A stretch of 64,000 nt of DNA, taken from Heptranchias perlo (lineage: Eukaryota). The stretch's first letter is position 1. Each line of letters begins with the position of its first letter. This document shows positions 53,757 through 64,000 of this stretch, piece after piece. The position numbers and the translations under genes are program-made. The DNA is taken from the NCBI RefSeq assembly GCF_035084215.1, contig NW_027139442.1, positions 1,116,001 through 1,180,000 of the forward strand, given 5' to 3'. Under the pieces are notes generated by a model. That model was not told the origin of the DNA and ran no database searches. It saw only the letters and a list, made by a program, of their open reading frames with translations.

Positions 53757-56696
53757 CGTGAGGTTGTCCGTGGCCTTTAGTGCAGGCTGAGCTACATATT
53801 ACATACCAGTCCAAAAATCTCATACAATATTAGATTGAGATGCAGAATTAATCCCATTATTGCTGACTGAGCTATACATTACATACCAATCCAATGATTT
53901 CACCACGAACAGATTGAAAGGTACATTATCATTCACAATAGAGTTCAGAGATTAAGATGTAATCACACTCCAAAGCTCACACACGTTGTTTGATTAAAGA
54001 ACATTGAAAAGTGTATCCATATTTACAAATTAAACACTGGCCGAAGAACTGTATATAATTTAAAGTATTAAAGATACAGTTTCAAATACGATACTGTAAA
54101 CTGAAATAAGAATACAGAATGAATCCAGACTTGCACATTGAGATAATGTAGCAGAGAATGACAGATACAGAATAAATCCCACACTCACACACAGCACCAG
54201 AGACTGACAGATACAGAATTAATCCCACACTCACACACAGTACCAGAGACCGACAGATACAGAATGAATCTCCACACTCACAGACTGTACTGGAGACGAC
54301 AGATATAGAATGAATGTCACAGTCACATTACTGCAGACTGAGTTACACTTTACAGACCAGTCCAAAGATCTCATAGTGGCAGATTGAAAGATACAGTCTA
54401 AATTCTATTGGTGCAGACTGAGCTACATATTGGATATAGTGGTAAATACTCGTGTTTGCTGAAATAAACATTATCAATGCCATTGGTACAGACTGAGCTA
54501 CACATTACGTACTAGTCCAAAAATCACAAATGATCAGATTGGAAGATACAATTTAAATTCTATTCGCACTGCCTGAGCAGAACATTATATATCAGTCCAA
54601 CAATCTCATACAATATTAGACTGAAAGATACAGAATCGATTCAATTAGTGAAAACTGAGCCACACATTATATAGCAATCCAAGAATCTCATACCGTATCA
54701 GACTCAAAGATACAATATCAATTCCATTAGCACAGACTGAGCTACACGTTACTCACCAGTCCAAAAATCTCATACTGAATCTTTCAATGTGACATGTATC
54801 AATTTCATTCGTGCAGCCTGAGCTATACATTGCATTCCAGTCCAAAAATTTCATACAGTATAAGAATGATCGATACAGTATCAATTCCTTTAGTGCGGGA
54901 TGAGCTACATATTACATACCAGTCCAAAAATCACATAAAGTGTTAGACTCAGATGCAGAATTAATCCCATTATTGCAGACTGAACTACACATTGCACACC
55001 AGTCCAGTAATTTCAACGTGAACAGATTGAAAGGTATATTATCATTCACAATAGAGTTCAGAGATGAAGATGTAACACGACTCCAAAACTCTCACACGTT
55101 GTTTGATTAAAGAAAATCAAAAAGTGTATCTGTGTAAACAAATTAAATGCTCGATGAAGACATGTATATACTTTAAAGTTTCAATACAATAGTGGAAACT
55201 GAAATAAGAGTATAGAATGCACATTGTCACAGAGATTGAATTGCAGAATGTATCCCACACTGAGATAAAGTAGCAGAGAATGGCAGATACAGAATGTATC
55301 CCACACACAGACAGTACCAGCGACTGATGGATGCAGAATATACCCTATGCTCACACTCAGTTACAGAGACTGACAGATACAGAATAAACCCCAGTCTCAT
55401 ATCCAGTACCAGAGACTGACCTCGACTGACGGGAAGCGACAACTATAATAAGGCAACAAATTCACATTCTCTGTCGTGGTTCCAGAAACAGGACAATGTG
55501 CAATGTGAGGGATGTTTCTGTCTGTAACTTTTACTGTCGTATTTTTGCACTTTTTGACGGTGAAAAATGAAGACAATTGATTCATAATAAAGTTTTTGTT
55601 TCACTCGTTCCATAGTTGTGAATTTGCCCCATTATATATCACTGTACATTGGACAGTATTTCTCTCTGATTTCTCAGGACACGATTTACATTGCTCCCCT
55701 ACCCCATTTAGACTCTTATTTTCCATGCAGTATGTGGCCTCCTTATTCCCCCAGCGAAATGCACCACCTCACACCTTTCTATATTGAAATTCAATGGCCA
55801 TTTACAAGGCCGTTCTGCATGTTTATTTTGTCCCAGTCTTGATCTGTATTGACTATATCTCCGAAACAAATTACAAGAATTTAACGCAGTATCACAACTA
55901 GTGTTTGCTCTAACAAAATGTACTTGCAGCTCGTCTCCATCCCCAGTTTTTCTAAATGCCACTCGTGCAATATAATGTGAAGAATGAGTTTATCTTCTGT
56001 CCCTCTCTCATCTGCAAACTTCATTGACCCGGGGTTTGGGGACATCTACTGGCCGGAAGCAGAACTGCAACAGTTCAGAACAAATTGCTGAAACCGGACA
56101 ATGTGCAGTGTGAGCGTGTTTGTGATTGGTGGCAGGTATTAAATCTGATTTTTTTAAACCTGCCCATTAACCTTTAGTGTTTGTTATAGAACAGTAAACA
56201 GAGCCGGACAGTAAGGATATGGGGAGTTATACAAAAAGCATCTATTGCAGGCATCAGGTGAGAAGTTTGAAGGACACATTTTAAACAGCGGCTGTTCAGT
56301 TTTGGTTGAACGGTTAGTCCCATGGGAGAGGGGATTAGAAATCTGATATGTGCAAAGGTCTCCGCCCCATCGGGTAGTCCCATTCATGGAAAAGTGCAGG
56401 GGTTGGGCTGTGTCTGGATGTCACTAAATTGTTGTGCAGAAGCTGAGTGCTGCAGTGCTGCAGTGGAGTCAGACACTGACACTGTTTGTATCACTGGTTT
56501 TCATTTGTGGATATTACAATGATTATTAACAGAGAGATTCAATTGATCACTTTTGTATTTTCTACCTCACCTGTTCTTGAGTTACAAGAGATAATTTTTC
56601 TTCCTCCAGGCAAATCCTTGAAGGGCCCAGAATCAGTGTGATGTTTCCTCCACCCGGGGCACAAGGAACAGTGCAGCCAGCTCCTTCTCACACACA

Positions 56697-57605
56697 ATTT
56701 GTATAGAGTCATAGATTTATACAGCACGGATAGGGGCCCTTCGGCCCATCGTGTCCGCGCCGGCCATCAGCCCTGTCTACTCTAATCCCATATTACAGCA
56801 TTTGGTCCGTAGCCTTGTATGCTATGGCATTTCAAGTGCTCATCCAAATGCTTCTTGAATGTTGTGAGGGTTCCTGCCTCCACAACCCTTTCAGGCAGTG
56901 AGTTCAAGACTCCAACCATCCTCTGGGTGAAAAAGTTATTTCTCAATTCCCCTCTAAACCTCCCGCCTTTTACCTTGAATCTATGTCCACTTGTTATAGA
57001 ACCCTCAACGAAGGGAAAAAGCTCCTTAGTATCCATCCTATCTGTGCCCCTCATAATTTTGTACACCTCAATCATGTCCCCCCTCAGCCTCCTCTGCTCC
57101 AAGGAAAACAAACCCAATCTTCCCAGTCTCTCTTCATAGCTGAAGCGCTCCAGCCCTGGTAACATCCTGGTGATTCTCCTCTGCACCCTCTCCAAAGCGA
57201 TCACATCCTTCCTGTAGTGCGGCGACCAGAACTGCACACAGTACTCCAGCTGTGGCCTAACCAGTGTTTTATACAGCTCCATCATAACCTCCTTGCTCTT
57301 ATATTCTATGCCTCGGCAAATAAAGGCAAGTATCCCATATGCCTTCTTTACCAACTTTTCTACCTGTTCCGCCACCTTCAGGGATCTGTGAACTTGCACA
57401 CCAAGATCCCTCTGACCCTTTGTCTTGCCTAGGGTCCTCCCATTCATTGTGTATTCCCTTGCCTTGTTAGTCCCTCCAAAATGCATCACCTCGCACTTTT
57501 CCGGGTTAAATTCCATTTGCCACTGTTCCGCCCATCTGACCAACCCATCTATATCGTCCTGCAGACTGAGGCTATCCTCCTCGCTATTTACCACCCTACC
57601 AATCT
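56697..57605 (-). mobile_element. 5'-truncated young CR1 insertion (ORF2 C-terminus 56782-57603)
   Basis: [41 protein letters not shown]; absent from paralogous modules (31755, 45284, 49879). Confidence 0.93.
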
Positions 57606-60600
57606 TTCTTAATATACTCTGTGAGTATATTATCACTCACAGAGCACAGAGACACAGACAGGTCATCAATCCCACAGTCTCACACAGCAGAAATAGTCAA
57701 TCCCAAACTGATCCCAATCCAACAGTCAAACAGAGCAGGAGAGACTGACGGAATTTCTATTTCACAATGACTCAATACCGCTGACTGGCAGATAAATAAT
57801 TCCCAGTCCAAAATCACACCCAGTATCAGATTGAAAGGCACTGTGTTAATCTCACATTAGATCAGAATTAGCTACAAATTAAATACCAGATAGAACTGAC
57901 ACATGGTACTGATTGATATGTACAGAATGAATCACAATAGTGTACCCCGAGATTCAAATTAAATACCAGCCCACAACTCACACCACATTATGAGTTTAAA
58001 GATGCAGTATTCATGCCAATATTATACACTGAGATACAAATTAGATACCAGTTCAGATGTTATCCATATTTGACTCACATATATGTCCAAAAACCTCATA
58101 GTGTCAGAATGAAATGTACAGTTTCAATCCTATTGTTGCAGATTGAGCTACACATTATATACCAGTCCAAAATTTGCATAAAGTATCATACTGGAAGATA
58201 CAGTATCAATCCCATTAGACTGAGGTACACATTAGTTACCTGTCCAAAAATCATATTTATCAAACTGAAAGGCAGAGTATCAATTCCCTTACTGCAAACG
58301 GAGGTTCACATTAGATACCTGTCCAGAAATCACGTACAGTACCATACTGAAAGAAATAGTATTGATTTAATTAGTACAGACTGACCTACACGTTACATAC
58401 CAGTACAAAAATCTCACAGTTTCAGACTGGAAGATACAGTATCAATCCCATTAGTGCAGACTGAGGTGTACATTAGATACCAGTCCAAAAGTCACATTCA
58501 GTGTCAAAATGAAAGATACAGTATTAATTCCTTTGGTGCAGACTGAACTACACCTTACAAACCTGTCTAAATATATTACACAGTATCAGACTGAAAGGTA
58601 CAGTATGAATTCAATTAGTACAGACTGAACCACACATTACATACCAGTCCAAAAATCTCATACAGTGTCAGACTGAAAGATACAATAATTATTCTATTAG
58701 CACAGACTGAGCTACAAAATAAATACCAGTCCAATAATTTCACAGTAAAAGATTGAAATACACATTATCTTCACGGAGATTAAGATGTAATCATTCAACA
58801 AAACTCGCACACATTGTTTGATTAAAACAAAATCCAAAAGTGTATCAATATTTACAAATTAATGCAGCACGAAAGATTTGCATACATTAATGAATTAAAC
58901 ATACAGTTTCAAGTACCATACTCTAACCTGAAATAAGAATACAGAACGAATCCAGACTTGCACTTTGCCCAGAGACTGAGTTACAGAATGAATCCCACAC
59001 TGAAATCGAATACCAGAGACTGACAGTCACAGAATGAATCCCACACTCACAGATAGCACCAGAGATTGAGAGATACAAAACGAATCACACACTCACACAC
59101 AGTACCAGAGACTGACAGATACAGAATGAATCCCACACTCACAGACTGTATTGGAGACTGACGGATACAGAATGAATATCACACTCACATACAGTACCAG
59201 AGAATGACAGACATAGAATTAATGCCACACTCACATGCAGTCTGACATCTACTGGCCATAAGTGAGAACTGTAACTGAGTGGAACAAATTCACATTATCT
59301 GTCGTTGTTCCAGATTCAGGACAATGTGCAATGTGAGGAAATAGTTTCTCTCTGTAACTTCTACTCCCGTACTTTTTCTAATTTTGTCAGTTAAAAATTA
59401 GACAATTGATTTCGAATAAAGTTTTTGTTTTCCTCATTCGAAAGTTGCCCCATTATATTTCACTCTACATTGCGCAATATTTCTGTCTGAATTCTCAGGA
59501 GACGATTTATATTAATTCAAATAAACCGAACTGAAACACAAATAAAAACTGAGTGCAAATCTGCAAGTTTCAACGGCGACCGTCAAAAGTGAAAGGGATA
59601 AAATATAGAAAAAAATCAAACCGAAAATGCTGGAAAGGCTCAGCAGGTCCGGCAGCATCTGTGGAGAAGGGAAGCTCGGGTTAACGGTTCAGGACTACGA
59701 CCCTTCTATAGATCAGAAAGGTTAATCCGACATAATTTAAATAAGGAACGGGAATCAGCAGAGGGAAAAACTTCAGAAAATCAATTAATTTCACTGAATC
59801 CGAGCAATTGTGTCCCGTATCCACTGTACAGATCAGGGCAAATAATAATACAAAGGAACAGAGTTAAATTCAACGATATGGGGGAAATAAATGAATTTTA
59901 AAAATATTTTTAAACATAAATTAGACTCGTTTGTGTTTTGAAAACACTATCCCTCTGAACATCATCAAATTCGGTTCCAGTCTTGGTGTTTCTGAATTCA
60001 GCGTGCTGGGATTCAAACCTGTTGGAATTAATTGTTTGGAAGGGAGCGATACTCACCATCATAGCACCTTAGTTCACTGGGAGGGAGAAATAGAGCGTTT
60101 CTGTGGAGTTTCGGACTGAATTGCTCCCTTTGGGTTACTGGCACTTTAATCAAAGACAATAAACAGTTCCCAAACATTAGCCCCTGAACAGACACAACAA
60201 GCTGGTCGAATTTCTCATTCATAGATATTAAATAAGAGGATGGCAAAAGCGAATAGGAAGAGGTTAGGAAGAAGTCACAAAATACAATTTGGGAAGCAAA
60301 CAGGAATCACAAAATCAAATTATCAAGGAATATAAAAAGAAATCGTAAATTATTGTACAGAGCCAGAAATAACAGAAGGAAAATCAGAATATCTTGAGGG
60401 CCACTAAGGGATTCACAAGATAAACTCACAGGTAACGTCAGCGAAATGGCAGAAATATTGAATTATTAATTTCCCTCAGTATTTACCCGGGAGATTAACA
60501 GGGTGAATATGATATAGAGGAAGAGGTCAATAAAGATATCAAGGCATTTAAGTTAGAAAGGGTGGTTAATCTCCTGATCCTGATGGATTGCATCTGCACT

Positions 60601-61687
60601 TATTAAATGAAGCAAAGGAAGAGATAGCAGAGGCATTGTTACATATCGAAAAAATCATTACAGAAAGGAATAGTGCCAGAGGACTGGATGACAGTTGTTG
60701 TGATTCTTATATTTTGAAACAGGAAATAGAACAAGTCCAGGGAACTGTGGACCAGTTAACTAAAGGTCAGTGGTAGGAATGATCATGGAATCTTTTACTC
60801 AATGAAGCAACAGAAAAACATCCAGAAACCGAAAATATAATAAAGAAGAGTCAGCACGGATTTCAGAAAGGGAAGATTTAATAGTTTGACAGAAGGTTTG
60901 ACAGTTAAAATTACAGTTCAACATAACTTATCTGCTTTTCAAATATATTCCTCTAGAAATAAACCTCTGTGTTTGCATTTCATGGCCTTATCAACCTGTG
61001 TTGCTACTTTTAAAGATTTGTCAATCTGTACCCCTAAATCCCATTGCTCTTCTACCCCATTTAGACTCTTATTTTCAAAGCAGTGTTTGGCCTCCTTATT
61101 CCCCCGAGCAAAATGCACCACCTCACAGCTTTCTATATGGAAATTCAATGGCCATTTACACCGACTTTCAGCAAGCTTATTAAAGTCTTCTTGTATTTTG
61201 TCGTAGTCTTCCTCAGTATAGGCTATACCCCCAAAATTAATTACAAGCATTTAATACAGCATTACAACTCATGTTTTGTCGAACAAACTGTTTTCCATTC
61301 CCAGTTTTTCGAAATCCCACCCGTGCAATATAATGTGAAGAATGAGTTTATCTTCTGTCCCTCTCTCATCTGCAAACTTCAATGACCCGGGGTTTGGGGA
61401 CATCTACTGGCCGGAAGCAGAACTGCAACAGTTCGGAACAAATTGATGAAACCGGACAACAAGCAGTGTGAGCGTGTTTGTGATTGGTGGCAGGTATTAA
61501 ATCTGATTGGATATTTGAAGAAACCAATCAGAGAATTACAGTTAATTATTGTGACTTCACTACGAATGAACCAATCACAATCATTGCCTTCCTCCATCCC
61601 TCATTACCATAGGGCTGTGGGGCTGCCTATTTAATCCGAGCTCGGAGCGGATTTGGGTCATTTCTGAATCTGAAATTGAGTTTGAAA

Positions 61688-62062
61688 ATGCCTGAGGACA
61701 AGAAAGCAGCTTCCAAGAAGGGCGCCAAGAAAACCTTGAGTAAAGCACCAGCCAAGGGCGGCAAGAAGCGGAGAAAGTCGAGGAAGGAGAGTTACTCCAT
61801 CTACATCTACAAAGTGATGAAGCAGGTTCACCCCGACACCGGCATCTCCTCCAAGGCCATGAGCATCATGAACTCCTTTGTGAACGATATTTTCGAGCGC
61901 ATCGCGGGTGAGGCTTCCCGCCTGGCCCATTATAATAAACGCCGCACCATCAGCTCCCGGGAGATCCAGACCGCCGTGCGCCTGCTGCTGCCCGGGGAAC
62001 TGGCCAAGCACGCCGTGTCGGAAGGGACAAAGGCGGTGACAAAGTACACCAGCTCCAAGTAA
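61688..62062 (+). CDS. H2B: Histone H2B, copy 2 (124 aa)
   Basis: [20 protein letters not shown]..; stem-loop GGCTCTTTTCAGAGCC 62099-62114. Confidence 0.99.
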   Translation: MPEDKKAASKKGAKKTLSKAPAKGGKKRRKSRKESYSIYIYKVMKQVHPDTGISSKAMSIMNSFVNDIFERIAGEASRLAHYNKRRTISSREIQTAVRLLLPGELAKHAVSEGTKAVTKYTSSK

Positions 62063-63006
62063 ACCTCCTCAATATACTGAAAAGAAAATAAACACAACGG
62101 CTCTTTTCAGAGCCACCCACAGTCTCTCTGAAAAACTGTACCAACACCTCTATGGAATCATTTTACTGTCGATAGTTTGATACTCACTGTCTCTCAAACT
62201 TGTGCTTTTGTAATTTCACTTGAAATCTGGTCGATTCTCATAATCACTGCCCGGTATAATCTCTATCGTTGTTTTATTTAGTTTCAATAACCAAAAACGT
62301 GTCCCTGATGCTCTCGTTCCCGGTCATATTCCGCCCCTTCCCCCGCATCTGCCCGTTCAGAGCCGTTTTAAGGTCATTTCTTTCTCCTTTTCACGTTTTT
62401 TTGTTCATTATTCGGGAATATCACTTTCAGAACCGCAATCCTCTTTCAAGCAACAACCCTGAAACGGACTTCACACCGACTACAGAATAGTCTAAAGGCT
62501 CTGTCACTGTTCGACTTCTCACACCAGGAGTCTCGGCTCCGGTTTCGATCGCGCTGCAGCTCCTGTGAACAGGGATCAATCCACAATCTGTGGTTTGTTA
62601 CTTTTACAAAGATTGAGCTGGGATCTGTCCCGTTACAAAATGGGACTTTATTCCCGCCGGATTGAAAGCGAACGGTGAATGAAGCCGGATTTTCACCGGA
62701 TTGTAAAAGATTCTGGAAGTTGTGACTGGAAATGTGGAATAACAGAGTAAAAGGAGAGAGATTTTTAAATATTTGTCTTAAGGCGACATTATTTACTTAA
62801 TCCGCTTCTTGTGTTACAAATATATTGGCGGGCTTTTCAAATTTCAATAAAACGGTTCAGTTCGGTATTTTCCGCCTTTTTCTCATTGCCGGCTATTGAT
62901 TGGTGAATAAAACAGCTCTCTCACTTGGCTGTTCGTTGAACCAATGAGATTGAGAACAGATGAACCAATCACAAGTGCCCCCACTGCACTCCTCCAGAAG
63001 GTATAA

Positions 63007-63456
<450 letters not shown>

Positions 63457-63639
63457 AGCAGCTAAGATTTAATCTGATAACCCAAAGGCTCTTTTCAGAG
63501 CCACCCACTGTATCTATGAAAGGGCTGGTTACTGTCTGAAGAGACTGACCTTTTGATTACAGTTATCCCCGGTCTACGTTAATATATTACATCGCTACAG
63601 CGGTTAAACTTATGGGAGGCAATGTAAGTTACCGAGCAC

Positions 63640-63960
63640 ATGGGTGATAGGTGAACGGGTCTTGGTGGGAGTTAGGATAGGGGAACGGAGTTTTGGAGGA
63701 GTTGAAGTTTGCAGAGGGCGTCAGATAGGAGGCTGACCAGGAGATCATTGGAAGAGCCAAGTCTGGAGGTAACAAGGGAATGGATGAGGGTTTCAGCACC
63801 AGATCAGCTGAGGCAGGGGAGTAGACGCGCGATGTTTCGGAGGTGGAAGTTGGCCGTCTTGGTGGTGGAGCGGAAATGGGGTCAGATGCTTATCTCAGGG
63901 TAAATTGGACGCTGAGGTTGCGAAGTTTTATGATTCCGCTTCACACAGTGGCCAAGGACA
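63640..63960 (-). mobile_element. L2 LINE ORF2 fragment
   Basis: rc encodes PCLS*SGAETLIHSLVTSRLGSSNDLL, resembling the L2 motif AETLVHAFVTSRLDYCNALL. Confidence 0.75.
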
Positions 63961-64000
63961 AGTCTCTGTCCATCTCAGTCCTTGAATCCAGTCCCCACAC

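Larger units (their letters stand above)
52503..53773 (-). mobile_element. 5'-truncated Penelope-like retroelement with 11-bp TSD
   Basis: TSD CCTTTAGTGCA at 52492-52502 and 53774-53784; homologous empty site at about 29631. Confidence 0.95.
43370..61687 (+). repeat. Histone-repeat spacer, copy 2 (about 18 kb; one extra internal module duplication and two young retro-insertions)
   Basis: Same module order as 23600-36470, with an additional block at about 49350-56160. Confidence 0.9.

Overview
Vertebrate genomic DNA, most likely a cartilaginous fish (inferred from the CR1, Tx1 and Penelope families and the '[11 protein letters not shown]' zinc-finger gene style), from a replication-dependent histone locus. 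One complete quintet (H2B+, H2A+, H3.2-, H4-, H1-; 36.5-42.1 kb, all with 3' stem-loops) is followed about 25.2 kb later by a second H2B/H2A pair. An inverted partial copy of the repeat, carrying an H2A pseudogene, occupies 1-4.6 kb. The 13-18 kb spacers are mosaics of re-duplicated modules: an orphan NRF1/Sp1 CpG promoter with candidate non-coding exons, 46-bp and 82-bp satellites, truncated H2B-promoter copies, and a co-oriented series of bipartite CTCF-like motifs. Between the two arms (4.6-23.4 kb) lie a tRNA-Gly(TCC), a decayed hAT/Buster transposon, a 13-finger C2H2 gene with a near-intact CR1 LINE in its inferred intron, several minisatellites, an orphan CpG island and a Tx1 fragment. 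A young Penelope insertion with an 11-bp TSD carries a minimal hammerhead ribozyme. All calls are by eye; no searches were run.
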